DNA from: an uncultured delta proteobacterium
GTDB lineage: Bacteria > Desulfobacterota > Binatia > HRBIN30 > BPIQ01
Assembly: GCA_963761335.1 (NCBI GenBank)
Contig: CAVXGR010000012.1
Location: 384,001-448,000, forward strand
Direction of reading: 5' to 3'
DNA: 64,000 nt
This document shows positions 17,039 to 27,363 of this stretch, piece after piece. A program made the position numbers and the translations under genes. The first letter of the stretch is position 1; the number at the start of each line of letters is the position of its first letter. The notes below the pieces were generated by a model. That model had not been told where the DNA came from, searched no databases, and worked only from the letters and a program-made list of their open reading frames with translations.

Positions 17039-18520
17039 TTAGCACGTCGCCGTAGCGTGCGCGATGGGCAGAAGAACGTCGAACTGCGCCCCGCCGGTCG
17101 GGGCGGAGGAAACGGTGAGGACACCGCCGTGTTGGCGGACGATCCCGTAGGAGACGCTCAGCCCAAGCCCGGTGCCGCGGCCGACATCCTTGGTGGTGAA
17201 GAACGGATCGAAGATCCTGTCGAGGTGCTCGGGCGCCACTCCGGGACCGTCGTCGCGAACTCGAACCCGCACCGCTGCCGGCTGCGCTTCCCATGGGGAC
17301 TCGAGGGCGGTCTCGACCCAGATATTGCCGCGCCCGCCGACGGCGTCGGCGGCGTTAAGCAGCAGGTTCAGAAACACCTGGGCCAGGGGTCCGGGACGGC
17401 CGCGCACCTCGGGAACCGCACCGAGCTGCAGATGGATGCGGATGCGATCCGCAAAGCGGTGCCGCAGAAGCGCCGCCGTACGGCGCACGACAGCGGTGAC
17501 GTCCACCGACTGCATCTCGGGGGAGCGGTCGCCTTGCGCAAAGAGCTGCAGGTCGCCGACGATCTGCTTTGCCCGGCGCACACCTTCCTCGCAATCGGCG
17601 AGCGCCTCCGGCAGCTCCGCCATCGCCTCCTCCAGGTCGCGCTCGTCGCTCGCTCGGCGTCCGGCGCCGCCGGCGAGCGGCTCCGCGGCTTCCGCCACGG
17701 CCATCAGCCGGCCGCAGTAGCGGCGCAGGTGCTCGACGTTGGCGGAGACGAAGCTCAGCGGATTGTTGAGCTCGTGGGCCACGCCGGCGACCAGCTCTCC
17801 GAGCGCCCGCATCTTCTCCACATGCACCAGCTGCGTCTCCGTTTGCTGCAAGCGGGCATAGGCGGCCGCCAGATCATCGCGTGCTCGCCGCAGCGATTCC
17901 ACCGTCTCCCGCAGCTGGCAATTGCTCTCCGCCAGCGCCTCTTCGCCGCGGCGCATGCGCGCCGAGATGTAGCCGCCGACAAAGACGAGCAGAGCCAGAC
18001 AGTAGAGCAGGAAGACGAGCCATACGGCGCCGGACAAGCTGGCAGCGGCGCCACCGGTGCCGGCGAATCCGGGTGCGAACAGAGGACCGAAGGTGACCAT
18101 GCCGGCCGCCGCCAGCAGCAGCAGGCCGCCAAAGCCGGCGCCCGCGAGCACCACGCTCCACAGTCCGGCGCGGAAGTCGAGCAGCAGCGCCGTGGCGACC
18201 GCCTGGACCGTGTACATCATCAGGAACGGGCTTTCACCGCCGCCAGTGCTCGCCACGACATAGGTGATGAGCAAGTGATCGAGGGGGACGGCGATCACGG
18301 TCACCGCCAGCACGTGATGCCGCCGCCGCAGATAGCGGTAGTTCACGCCGTTCATCAGGGCACCGGCCACCGCCGCCAGGGTACATCCCCTCATCTGCGG
18401 GAAGAGGCCCAGTGGATGCGCGGCCACCGCCAGAGCGAAAAAACCGCCGATCACCAGCCAGCGCACCCACACGGCCCAAAGCAGCCGGTGCGGATCTCTC
18501 GTCCATGCGAGATCTACCAC
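17039..18520 (-). CDS. Membrane sensor histidine kinase
   Basis: Multi-TM N-terminus, LGELVAGVAHELNNPL, QVFLNLLLNA, FDPFFTTKDVGRGTGLGLS. Confidence 0.92.
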   Translation of the reverse strand: MVDLAWTRDPHRLLWAVWVRWLVIGGFFALAVAAHPLGLFPQMRGCTLAAVAGALMNGVNYRYLRRRHHVLAVTVIAVPLDHLLITYVVASTGGGESPFLMMYTVQAVATALLLDFRAGLWSVVLAGAGFGGLLLLAAAGMVTFGPLFAPGFAGTGGAAASLSGAVWLVFLLYCLALLVFVGGYISARMRRGEEALAESNCQLRETVESLRRARDDLAAAYARLQQTETQLVHVEKMRALGELVAGVAHELNNPLSFVSANVEHLRRYCGRLMAVAEAAEPLAGGAGRRASDERDLEEAMAELPEALADCEEGVRRAKQIVGDLQLFAQGDRSPEMQSVDVTAVVRRTAALLRHRFADRIRIHLQLGAVPEVRGRPGPLAQVFLNLLLNAADAVGGRGNIWVETALESPWEAQPAAVRVRVRDDGPGVAPEHLDRIFDPFFTTKDVGRGTGLGLSVSYGIVRQHGGVLTVSSAPTGGAQFDVLLPIAHATATC

Positions 18521-18610
18521 GTTTCATCTCCCTTCCCTGGAGAGGATTTGCGGAGATTAGCTGCGGCTGCCGCCTTCGTCCAGCCGCAAAAGCGCTGCGC
18601 CGCCCTCAGC

Positions 18611-18639
18611 TTGACAAGGTATGGGGTGCATATTAGTTT
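18611..18639 (+). promoter_or_regulatory. Putative sigma70 promoter TTGACA-N17-TAGTTT upstream of htpX
   Basis: Perfect -35, 17-nt spacer, TANNNT -10 in an AT-richer intergenic region. Confidence 0.55.
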
Positions 18640-18734
18640 CGGGATGTTTCTTGCTAGAGAAGTCCGCACACCGATCGCCACGGCAAATAAAATCAACGGC
18701 TGATCGTCTGAACGGCTAGAAGGAGTCGCCAGAA

Positions 18735-19583
18735 ATGTCCAATGCCATCAAGACCACGCTGCTGCTCGGCGTCCTGACCGGAATCATCCTCTGGTTTGGT
18801 CAGTTCATGGGCGGGAGGTCTGGCTTGATGATCGCCTTCATCTTTGCCGGGGTGATGAACTTCGGCAGCTACTGGTTCTCGGACAAGATCGTGCTGCGCA
18901 TGTACAGAGCCCGGCCGGTCGACATGAACGACGCGCCCGAGCTCTACCGGATCGTGCAGAACCTCTCCGTCAAGGCGCAGATTCCGCTGCCGCGCATGTA
19001 CGTCATCGACAGTCCGGCACCCAATGCCTTCGCCACCGGGCGAAATCCGGCGCACGCCGCGGTCGCCGTCACCAGCGGCATTCTGCGCATGATGAGCGCC
19101 GACGAGCTCGAGGGCGTCCTCGCCCACGAGCTCAGCCACGTGCGCAACCGCGACATTCTGATCAGCTCGGTCGCCGCGACGTTGGCGGGGGTGATCATGA
19201 TGTTGGCCAGCATGGCGCGCTGGGCGGCGATCTTTGGCGGCTTCCAGCGCGACGACCGCGAGGGCGGCGGCGGGTTGCTCGGGCTGATCGCCATGGCGGT
19301 GCTGGCACCGGTCGCCGCGATGCTGATCCAGATGGCGATCTCCCGCTCCCGCGAGTACCAGGCGGACGCCAGCGGTGCGGCAATCACCCACAATCCGCAG
19401 GGTCTGGCTTCGGCTCTCGAAAAGCTCGGGCAGGCGAGCGGACGCCTGCAGCTCGACGCCTCGCCGCAGACGGCGCACATGTTCATCGTCAACCCCCTCA
19501 GTGGCCGCTCCATGGCGAACCTGTTCAGCACCCATCCGCCGCTCGAGGACCGCATCCAGCGGCTGCGCTCGATGGTGGTTTGA
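18735..19583 (+). CDS. htpX: Zinc metalloprotease HtpX
   Basis: [15 protein letters not shown] (HExxH), [16 protein letters not shown]. Confidence 0.96.
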   Translation: MSNAIKTTLLLGVLTGIILWFGQFMGGRSGLMIAFIFAGVMNFGSYWFSDKIVLRMYRARPVDMNDAPELYRIVQNLSVKAQIPLPRMYVIDSPAPNAFATGRNPAHAAVAVTSGILRMMSADELEGVLAHELSHVRNRDILISSVAATLAGVIMMLASMARWAAIFGGFQRDDREGGGGLLGLIAMAVLAPVAAMLIQMAISRSREYQADASGAAITHNPQGLASALEKLGQASGRLQLDASPQTAHMFIVNPLSGRSMANLFSTHPPLEDRIQRLRSMVV

Positions 19584-19598
19584 CGGAGGCAAGCTTCG

Positions 19599-20024
19599 GT
19601 GGTCGAGGAGAAGGAAGAACGCGGCTTCAAGGTGTCGGACCGGCGGCGGTTCTCGGAGAGCGGAGAGCCCCGCGACGAGGTCCCCGAAGGGCGCCAAGAG
19701 GCGCCCTCGGACGCGGCATTCGCGTCGAACGCCGCGTCCGAATCATTTGCGGCCGCGGACCTTGGCGGGGAAGCCCTGCCGGAGATGAGCTTCTCGACCT
19801 TCGTGATCAGCCTGAGCACGCAGGCCCTCATCCTTCTCGGCGAGGGAGCTCACCCGGACCATCCCGTCCAAGTCGACCTGGCCGGCGCCCAGCAACTGAT
19901 CGACATCATCGCGATGTTGCAGGCCAAGACCAGGGGAAATCTCGAGCCCTCGGAGATCGGTCTGCTGGACAATATTCTCTACGACCTGCGGATGAGATAC
20001 GTTCAACGCGCCCGCGGGAAGTAA
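19599..20024 (+). CDS. DUF1844-family protein
   Basis: FSTFVISLSTQALILLG...IDIIAMLQAKTRGNL...LYDLRMRY pattern. Confidence 0.75.
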   Translation: MVEEKEERGFKVSDRRRFSESGEPRDEVPEGRQEAPSDAAFASNAASESFAAADLGGEALPEMSFSTFVISLSTQALILLGEGAHPDHPVQVDLAGAQQLIDIIAMLQAKTRGNLEPSEIGLLDNILYDLRMRYVQRARGK

Positions 20025-20061
20025 TCGACTCATCGACACACCACCCTATCTCGGAGGTTCC

Positions 20062-21600
20062 ATGAAAGACCGTCCCGGCTCGAGCCGCGTGAGCGCGCTC
20101 ATTCTCGTCGCCGCAATCGGATTCGCCAGCGGCGCCGCGTTCTTCCACGGCGGCGACGTGGCCCATGCCATCAGCTTCTGGGGCGAGAAGGAGCAAAAGG
20201 CCGCCGACACGCCGGCCGCCGCGGCCATCAAGCCGACGCCGCCGTCCGTCGCCGTGCAAGGGGCGACGTCGCTGCCGGACTTCGCCACGCTGGCGGAACA
20301 CCTGAGCCCCTCGGTGGTGAACATCTCGACCACCTCGCAACACGAAGCCCCGAGCGGTTTCGGGGGCATGCCGCAACCGTTCGGGCAGCAGGATCCCCAC
20401 GATTTCCTCGGACCATTCGAGCGCTTCTTCGGGGGCCCCATGCCGAAGCACCAGTTTCGGCAGAAGAGCCTCGGATCGGGCTTCATCATCAACAACGACG
20501 GGCTGATCCTCACCAACAACCACGTGATCGAGGACGCCGACGAGATCACCGTCCGCCTCGAGAACGGCAAAGAGGTCGATGCCAAGGTCATTGGCCGCGA
20601 TCCGAAGACGGACATCGCCGTGATCAAGGTCGACGGCGCTCAGGGAATCGAGCCGGTGGTGATGGGAGACTCCGACAAGCTGCGGGTCGGCGAGTGGGTG
20701 ATGGCGATCGGCAACCCCTTTGGTCTCGACCACACCGTGACCGCCGGCATCGTCAGCGCCAAGGGTCGGTACATCGGCCAGGGCAGCTACGACGACTTCA
20801 TCCAGACCGATGCCGCCATCAACCCGGGCAACTCCGGAGGGCCGCTGATCAACCTCCACGGCGAGGTCGTCGGCATCAACAGCGCCATCTTCAGCCGCAC
20901 CGGCGGCAACATCGGCATCGGCTTTGCGATCCCCATCAACCTGGCGAAGGAGCTGCTGCCGGAGCTGCAGGAGAAGGGCAAGGTCACGCGCGGCTGGCTC
21001 GGTGTGTTGATTCAGAAGGTGACACCCGAGATCGCCGAGTCTCTCGGGCTCCAGGAGCCGCATGGCGCACTGGTTGCCGACGTGATGAAGGGCGGTCCCG
21101 CCGAGGACGGCGGCATCCAGGTGGGCGACGTGATCGTCGAGTTCGACGGTCACCCGGTGAAGGAGTCCACCGAGCTGCCCATGCTGGTCGCCCGCACTCG
21201 GGTGGGCAAGAAGGTCGACGTCAAGGTGCTGCGCGACAAGAAGCCGACCATGCTGCAGGTCACCATCCAGGAGCTCAAGGAGGAGGAGACGGCCGCCAGC
21301 AGCGAGGAGAGCGAGGATCTCGGCCTCACCGTGCAGCCGCTCACCCCGGAGATCGCCGAGAGCCTCGGCATCGAAGGGGATGAGAAGGGAATGGTGATCA
21401 CCTCGGTCGAGAACGGCAGTCCCGCCGACGAGGCCGGCCTGCGCCGCGGCGACGTCATTCTCGAGGTGAACCGCAAGCCTGTCGGTGATCTCGGCGCCTA
21501 CCGCAAGGCCCTCCACTCCTCCGAGAAGGGCAAGAGTATCCTGCTGTGGGTCCGGCGCGGCGACAACACCATCTTCGTGGCCGTGAAACCCTCCCACTGA
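20062..21600 (+). CDS. Do/DegP/DegQ-family serine protease with two PDZ domains
   Basis: SLGSGFII, TNNHV, TDIAVIK, IQTDAAINPGNSGGPL, two PDZ repeats. Confidence 0.95.
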   Translation: MKDRPGSSRVSALILVAAIGFASGAAFFHGGDVAHAISFWGEKEQKAADTPAAAAIKPTPPSVAVQGATSLPDFATLAEHLSPSVVNISTTSQHEAPSGFGGMPQPFGQQDPHDFLGPFERFFGGPMPKHQFRQKSLGSGFIINNDGLILTNNHVIEDADEITVRLENGKEVDAKVIGRDPKTDIAVIKVDGAQGIEPVVMGDSDKLRVGEWVMAIGNPFGLDHTVTAGIVSAKGRYIGQGSYDDFIQTDAAINPGNSGGPLINLHGEVVGINSAIFSRTGGNIGIGFAIPINLAKELLPELQEKGKVTRGWLGVLIQKVTPEIAESLGLQEPHGALVADVMKGGPAEDGGIQVGDVIVEFDGHPVKESTELPMLVARTRVGKKVDVKVLRDKKPTMLQVTIQELKEEETAASSEESEDLGLTVQPLTPEIAESLGIEGDEKGMVITSVENGSPADEAGLRRGDVILEVNRKPVGDLGAYRKALHSSEKGKSILLWVRRGDNTIFVAVKPSH

Positions 21601-21613
21601 CGAACGGGGACAC

Positions 21614-21639
21614 GAGGCCAGGGGCGATCCCCTGGCCTC
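21614..21639 (+). terminator. 11-bp stem hairpin between the degP-like gene and mrcB
   Basis: GAGGCCAGGGG-CGAT-CCCCTGGCCTC; no strong U-tract. Confidence 0.4.
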
Positions 21640-21646
21640 TCGGTCG

Positions 21647-23980
21647 ATGCTGCGACGCCTCGCCTTAGCCACGGCGCTCCTCGCCCTCGCGGGGATCTCG
21701 GTCGCCGCGTTTCTGGGCTGGCGTTACTACCGCGAGCTCGACGCCGAGCTCGTCGAGAAGTTCTCCGGCCGGCGCTGGGACTTCCCCTCGAAGATCTACG
21801 CCGACTGGACGCTGCTCTATCCGGGGACCGACATCAAGGCGATCGGCCTCTGGGAACGACTGCGGCGGCTGCAGTACCGCACCGTGGACGGCGAGGTCGA
21901 GCACCCGGGAGAGGCGCATCGCGATCCGAAGACCGGCACAGTCGAGCTCTACCTGCGCGACTTCACCTACCCCGATGGGCGCCAGCCGCCGCGATCAGTC
22001 CGCCTTCAGCTGGACGGCTCGGTGATCCGCGCGATCACCGACGACTCCGGCGCCGACGTGATCTCGGTCGAGATCGAGCCGGAGCTGCTCGCCGGCCTCT
22101 ACGAGGGCAGCTGGGAGCAGCGTCGCGTCCTCACTCTCGACCAGCTTCCCGCCAACCTGATCAATGCCATCCTCGCCGTCGAGGATCGGCGATTCTTCAA
22201 GCACCACGGCATCGATCCGATGGGCGTGGCGCGTGCCCTGTGGGTCGACATCACCACCGGGCATCTGCTGCAGGGCGGCAGCACGCTGACCCAGCAGCTG
22301 ATGAAGAACTTCTTCCTCACCGAGGAGCGCACCATGAAGCGAAAGCTGCGCGAGGCCGCCATGGCGCTGATCGCCGAGCACCGCTACTCGAAGCGCGAGA
22401 TCCTCGAGAACTACATCAACGAGATCTACTTGGGGCAGAACGGCGCCCAGGGAATCTACGGCATGTGGGAGGCGGCGCGCTTCTACTTCCACAAGGAGCC
22501 GGTGGCGCTGACGCCGGCCGAGTGCGCGCTGCTGGCGGGGCTGATCCGCGCCCCGAACTACTACTCCCCGTTCGCCCACCCCGCACGCGCCCTGCGGCGC
22601 CGCAACTACGTTCTCCAGCAGATGCACAAAGGCGACCTGATCTCCAATACGGAGTTCGACGACGCCGTACGCGAGCCGATCACCGTGGTGCCCCCGCCGG
22701 AGGATCGCGCCGATGCGCCCTACTTCGTGGACTTCCTGCGCAAGGAGCTCGCCGCAACCTATCCTTCCGAGGTGCTCACCCGCGAGGGTCTCAGCGTCTT
22801 CACCGGCCTCGATCCGCAGCTCCAGCAGATCGCGGAGAAGTCGCTGCAGAAAGGCCTCAACGATCTCGAGCGCCGCTATCCCCGCCTCGTTCGCGGCGAG
22901 CAGCGCATCCAGGGATGTCTGATCGCGATTCAGCCGCAGACCGGTGAGATCAAGGCGATGATGGGCGGCCGCGACTATCGCAGCACACAGTTCAACCGGG
23001 TCATCCAGGCATTCCGCCAGCCGGGGTCCGTATTCAAGCCTTTCACGTATATCGCCGCCCTCGAGCACGCCCCGGGGGAGCCGCGCATTCTGCCGACCAC
23101 GGTTCTCGACGACGAGCAGTTCACCTGGCAGTACGGCGACAAGGAGTGGTCGCCGGCGAACTACAAGGACGTCTACTTCGGTGCGGTGACGGTGCGCCAG
23201 GCGCTGGAGCGCTCGCTGAACGCCGCCACCGCGCGGCTGGCGCAGGAGGTCGGCCTGGAACGCATTCGCGACGTGGCGCAGCGGATGGGCATCACCAGTC
23301 CCCTGCCCCTCTATCCGTCCATGGTCCTCGGAGCCGCCGACGTCTCGCCGATGGAGGTGGCGCAGGCATATGCCGTACTGGCCAACCAGGGGCTGCGCGC
23401 CCGGCCCCTGGCGGTGCGCAGCGTCATCGACCATCAGGGGCAGATCATCGAGCGCAACCCGGTGGAGATCGAACGCGCCATCAGCCCGCAGGTGGCCTAC
23501 CTGGTGACCCACCTGATGGAAGGCGTGATCGATCACGGCACCGGGGAAGGAGCGCGGGAGCTCGGCTTCAAACGGCCGGCCGCCGGCAAGACCGGAACCA
23601 CGAACGACAACCGCGACGCCTGGTTCGCGGGGTTCACTCCGGATCTCCTGGCCGTGGTGTGGGTCGGCTTCGACGAGCAGCGGCCGCTCGGGCTGACCGG
23701 CGCCCAGGCGGCGTTGCCGATCTGGACCGAGTTCATGAAGCAGGCCACCGCCGGCACCCCGGTTTCGCACTTCATCCCCCCGCCGGGAGTGCGCCTGGTG
23801 CGCATTGATCCGGACACCGGAGAGCTCGCCACGCCGGCGTGCCCGCGGGTCATCGAGGAAGCTTTTCTGGCCGGCGACGAGCCGACGACTCCCTGTTCGC
23901 GTCATGCTAGCCTGATCGTCGAGCCGGAAGACGTCCGGCCGCCGATCATGCCGGCAACCGAACCGATGGTGCGACCTTGA
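21647..23980 (+). CDS. mrcB: Class A penicillin-binding protein PBP1B
   Basis: N-terminal TM, UB2H-like insert, EDRRFFKHHG, QGGSTLTQQL, transpeptidase motifs SVFK, SLN and KTGT. Confidence 0.9.
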   Translation: MLRRLALATALLALAGISVAAFLGWRYYRELDAELVEKFSGRRWDFPSKIYADWTLLYPGTDIKAIGLWERLRRLQYRTVDGEVEHPGEAHRDPKTGTVELYLRDFTYPDGRQPPRSVRLQLDGSVIRAITDDSGADVISVEIEPELLAGLYEGSWEQRRVLTLDQLPANLINAILAVEDRRFFKHHGIDPMGVARALWVDITTGHLLQGGSTLTQQLMKNFFLTEERTMKRKLREAAMALIAEHRYSKREILENYINEIYLGQNGAQGIYGMWEAARFYFHKEPVALTPAECALLAGLIRAPNYYSPFAHPARALRRRNYVLQQMHKGDLISNTEFDDAVREPITVVPPPEDRADAPYFVDFLRKELAATYPSEVLTREGLSVFTGLDPQLQQIAEKSLQKGLNDLERRYPRLVRGEQRIQGCLIAIQPQTGEIKAMMGGRDYRSTQFNRVIQAFRQPGSVFKPFTYIAALEHAPGEPRILPTTVLDDEQFTWQYGDKEWSPANYKDVYFGAVTVRQALERSLNAATARLAQEVGLERIRDVAQRMGITSPLPLYPSMVLGAADVSPMEVAQAYAVLANQGLRARPLAVRSVIDHQGQIIERNPVEIERAISPQVAYLVTHLMEGVIDHGTGEGARELGFKRPAAGKTGTTNDNRDAWFAGFTPDLLAVVWVGFDEQRPLGLTGAQAALPIWTEFMKQATAGTPVSHFIPPPGVRLVRIDPDTGELATPACPRVIEEAFLAGDEPTTPCSRHASLIVEPEDVRPPIMPATEPMVRP

Positions 23981-24708
23981 AACGCGCGATCATTCTCATC
24001 GCCGCCTCGGCGGCGATGGCCGCCTGTGCCCCGCGCCGCTATCCGCCCATGCGCCTGCCGCCGCCGCGGCGCGGCGCGCCGGCAGTCGCCGGCGCCGAGC
24101 CGGGACCGAAGCTGCGCCAGCCGGAGGTCGTCGAGCAGCCCCTGGAGAGCACGCCCGAGCCGCCGTTGATCTTCACGCAGAAAGACCTGCCGAAATACGG
24201 GACTCCGGGGGGAGGCGGCCCGGAAACCGCCGCAACGGGCCAATTGCCGCCCGCCGCCGAGGAGCAGCCGAGCGCTCCGAAACCACCGACCATCCTCGCC
24301 TCGATCACCAAGGAGACACCGCCCCAGGAGGCCGCTTCCCTGCGGCTCGCCGATCAGGGAAGAGAGCTCTTCGAGCGCGGCGATCTGGAGGGCGCCCTCG
24401 ACCGACTCGAAAAGGCGGTGCGCGTCGATCCGAACGACCCGCACGGCTACTACTGGCTCGCCCAGGTGCACTTCCGGCGGGACCGGTACGACCAGGCGCT
24501 GGCCTTCGCCGACAAGGCGGCGCTGCTCTTCAGTCGCAGCAGCCCGCCGTGGGCCAGTCAGGCCTATGTCTTCAAGGGATTCGTCTTCGAAAAGATCGGC
24601 CGTTACGCCGATGCCCGCGAGGCCTACCGGAGCGCCCTGCAGGTGGAACCCGAAAACGCCGCGGCGATGAGCGGGCTCTCCCGCGTCGGCGGTTCGGGAG
24701 CGCCGTGA
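23977..24708 (+). CDS. TPR-containing lipoprotein (LpoP-like)
   Basis: TTG start overlaps the mrcB stop; lipobox AMAAC; Pro-rich linker; C-terminal TPR repeats. Confidence 0.75.
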   Translation: MKRAIILIAASAAMAACAPRRYPPMRLPPPRRGAPAVAGAEPGPKLRQPEVVEQPLESTPEPPLIFTQKDLPKYGTPGGGGPETAATGQLPPAAEEQPSAPKPPTILASITKETPPQEAASLRLADQGRELFERGDLEGALDRLEKAVRVDPNDPHGYYWLAQVHFRRDRYDQALAFADKAALLFSRSSPPWASQAYVFKGFVFEKIGRYADAREAYRSALQVEPENAAAMSGLSRVGGSGAP

Positions 24709-25715
24709 AGCGCATGCGCATCCTGGCGATCGAGAGCTCCTGCGATGACACCGCGGCGGCGGTGATGGATGGGTCGGGGCTGCGCTCCAGCCTGGTCGCC
24801 TCGCAGGACGAGGTCCATCGCCGTTTCGGCGGTGTCGTCCCCGAGCTCGCCTCGCGCTCGCACATCCGCAGCATCATCCCGGTCGTCGAGGGCGCCCTCG
24901 CCCAGGCCGGTGTCGACCTCGCCCAGATCGAGGCGGTCGTGGCCACCTGCGGCCCCGGCCTGATCGGCTCCCTGCTCGTCGGCCTGTCGACCGCCAAAGC
25001 GATCGCCATGGGACGCAATCTGCCGTTCCTGGGCGTGAACCACCTGGAAGGACATCTCCTCTCGATTCAGCTCGATCAGGAGGTCGCCTTCCCGTATCTC
25101 GCCCTGCTGGTGTCGGGCGGGCACACGTCATTGTACGAGGCCCTGGAGCCGGGCCGCTATCGCCTGCTCGGCGCCACTCGCGACGACGCCGCCGGCGAGG
25201 CCTTCGACAAGGCCGCCAAGATCCTCGGCCTCGGGTATCCCGGAGGCCGCGTCATCGACCAGCTGGCGCGCAATGGCGATCCGACCTGCGTGCGTTTCCC
25301 GCGTGCCCGCCTGAAGAGCAGCCGGGGCGGCAGGGCATCTGATTTCAGCTTCAGCGGCATCAAGACGGCCGTGTGGCACTTCGTGCGCGAGGGCCGGGTC
25401 GACGGCCTCGGCCTGGAGAACGTCGCCGCCGCCTTTCAGGAAGCCATCGTCGACATGCTGCTCGAGACCACCATGGAGGCGGCGGAGATGCTCGGCTCGC
25501 AGCGCTTGGTGGTCGCCGGCGGCGTCTCCGCCAACTCGCGCCTACGGGCTCGCATGCAGCAGGCGGGCGCCGAGGCGGGGATCGACGTCTTCGTGCCGTC
25601 ACTGCGTTTCTGCACCGACAACGCCGCGATGATCGCCATCGCGGGACGCTACCACCTCGAGCGCGGAGAGCGGTCGCCGTTGAGCCTCAACGCCGACGCC
25701 GACCTCGAGCTCTGA
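24705..25715 (+). CDS. tsaD: tRNA N6-adenosine threonylcarbamoyltransferase
   Basis: ILAIESSCDDT, GGVVPELASRSH, VNHLEGH, LLVSGGHT, DDAAGEAFDK, CTDNAAMI. Confidence 0.96.
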   Translation: MKRMRILAIESSCDDTAAAVMDGSGLRSSLVASQDEVHRRFGGVVPELASRSHIRSIIPVVEGALAQAGVDLAQIEAVVATCGPGLIGSLLVGLSTAKAIAMGRNLPFLGVNHLEGHLLSIQLDQEVAFPYLALLVSGGHTSLYEALEPGRYRLLGATRDDAAGEAFDKAAKILGLGYPGGRVIDQLARNGDPTCVRFPRARLKSSRGGRASDFSFSGIKTAVWHFVREGRVDGLGLENVAAAFQEAIVDMLLETTMEAAEMLGSQRLVVAGGVSANSRLRARMQQAGAEAGIDVFVPSLRFCTDNAAMIAIAGRYHLERGERSPLSLNADADLEL

Positions 25716-26560
25716 TGGCGCCGCGGCCGCAGCGCAGCACATCGGCCGCTGGAGGCGTGCGGCGACAGCTCGATCAGCTCGGTCACCGCCCCCGCAAGCG
25801 ACTCGGGCAGCACTTTCTTTCCGATACCGTCACCGCCGAGCAAATCGTGGCGCTCGCCGGGCCCCCGGCGGGGGAGACCATCGTCGAGATCGGCCCGGGC
25901 CTCGGCGTCCTCAGCGAGCTGCTCGCCGCAGGCGCCGGGAAGCTCTTCCTGGTCGAGCTCGACCGCGGCCTCGCCGAGCATCTGCGGCAACGCTACGCCG
26001 CCGCGGCGAACGTCGAGGTCGTCGCCGCCGACGCTCTGCGTGTCGATTTCAACGACCTGCTGCGCGGCCGGGTGCCCGCAGTCGCGGTCGGCAACTTGCC
26101 CTACAACGTCGCCACGGCCATCCTGACCCACCTGCTCGAGCAACCGCACTGCTTCCGCCGACTGGTCCTCATGCTGCAGCGCGAGGTGGCCGACAGGTTG
26201 ATCGCGTCTCCCGGCACCCACGCCTACGGGGTGCTTGGGATCCTGACACAGGTCCACGCCGATGTCCGCATCGCCTTTGCGGTCGGCCCCGAGGCCTTCG
26301 TGCCGCCGCCGCAGGTCGAGTCGGCGGTCGTGGTCGTCGACGTCCTGGAGTCGCCGCGCGTACCCCCGGAGCACCTCGAGCGCTTCCGCACCATCGTCCG
26401 CAGTATGTTCCGCTACCGGCGCAAACAGCTCGGCAATGCGGCGCGCGGCATCTTCGCCGACGCTCACGCGGTGCTTCGCGCCGCCGACATCGACCCGAGA
26501 CGACGTCCGGAGACGCTGTCGCTCGCCGAGATCGCCCGGCTGGCGCGGGAGAGCGACTGA
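25715..26560 (+). CDS. rsmA: 16S rRNA m6(2)A dimethyltransferase
   Basis: KRLGQHFL, VEIGPGLG, GNLPYNV, MLQREVADRL, FVPPPQVESAV. Confidence 0.95.
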   Translation: MAPRPQRSTSAAGGVRRQLDQLGHRPRKRLGQHFLSDTVTAEQIVALAGPPAGETIVEIGPGLGVLSELLAAGAGKLFLVELDRGLAEHLRQRYAAAANVEVVAADALRVDFNDLLRGRVPAVAVGNLPYNVATAILTHLLEQPHCFRRLVLMLQREVADRLIASPGTHAYGVLGILTQVHADVRIAFAVGPEAFVPPPQVESAVVVVDVLESPRVPPEHLERFRTIVRSMFRYRRKQLGNAARGIFADAHAVLRAADIDPRRRPETLSLAEIARLARESD

Positions 26561-27363
26561 TGCCCGAGCTGCCGGAGGTGGAGACCGTCCGCCGCACGCT
26601 CATGCCGCACGTCGTCGGCCGGCAGGTTCGCGCGGTGGTCATCCGCGAGCACCGCCTGCGGCGCCACATCGACCGCCGCTTCGCCCGCGATCTCACCGGG
26701 CGGACCATCGGCGGCATTCGCCGGGTGGGGAAATATCTCCTCTTCGATCTCGACGGCGGCTTCACCTGGATCGTCCATCTGGGGATGACGGGATGTCTCG
26801 CCGTCGGCCAGGGGCCGGAGGGACCGCACACACACGTCGGCATCGCTCTCTCCGACGGCACGGTGCTGAGCTACCACGACCCGCGTCGATTCGGGCTCAT
26901 GCGGCTCGTCTCCGAGCTTCCCGACGAGGTCACCTCCCTCGGGGTCGACCCGCTCGGCGAGGCATTCACCGCGGAGCAACTCCGCTGCCAGTGCCGCGGG
27001 CGGAAGCGTCCGATCAAGACGTTGCTCATGGATCAGCGTATCGTCGCCGGCATCGGCAACATCTACGCCAGCGAGATCCTGCACCGCGCCGGGGTGCGCC
27101 CGTCGCGGCGCAGCGGCCGCCTCACCCGCCGCGAGACCGAAGCCATCTACGCCGCCACGCGCCAGGTGCTCGGCGAGGCAATCGCCGTGGGCGGCAGCTC
27201 GGTCTCGGACTACCGCGACGGCGAGGGGCAGGCCGGGAGCTTTCAGCTGCAGCTGCGCGTTTACGACCGCGGCGGAGAGCCGTGCGGCGCCTGCGGAGCG
27301 CTCATCCGCGAGAAGGCGCTGGCCGGACGGAGCAGCTTCTACTGCCCGCATTGCCAGCCATGA
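26560..27363 (+). CDS. mutM: Formamidopyrimidine-DNA glycosylase
   Basis: MPELPEVET, HLGMTG, DPRRFG, GIGNIYASE, C-terminal zinc finger. Confidence 0.97.
   Translation: MPELPEVETVRRTLMPHVVGRQVRAVVIREHRLRRHIDRRFARDLTGRTIGGIRRVGKYLLFDLDGGFTWIVHLGMTGCLAVGQGPEGPHTHVGIALSDGTVLSYHDPRRFGLMRLVSELPDEVTSLGVDPLGEAFTAEQLRCQCRGRKRPIKTLLMDQRIVAGIGNIYASEILHRAGVRPSRRSGRLTRRETEAIYAATRQVLGEAIAVGGSSVSDYRDGEGQAGSFQLQLRVYDRGGEPCGACGALIREKALAGRSSFYCPHCQP

Noticed and set aside
18640..18734. Possible CIRCE element or riboswitch in the htpX leader
   Set aside because: No TTAGCACTC-N9-GAGTGCTAA and no recognisable aptamer consensus.
19906..23905. Long antisense ORFs (588 and 636 aa) opposite the degP-like gene and mrcB
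   Set aside because: Expected from high GC3 codon bias; no motifs of their own.
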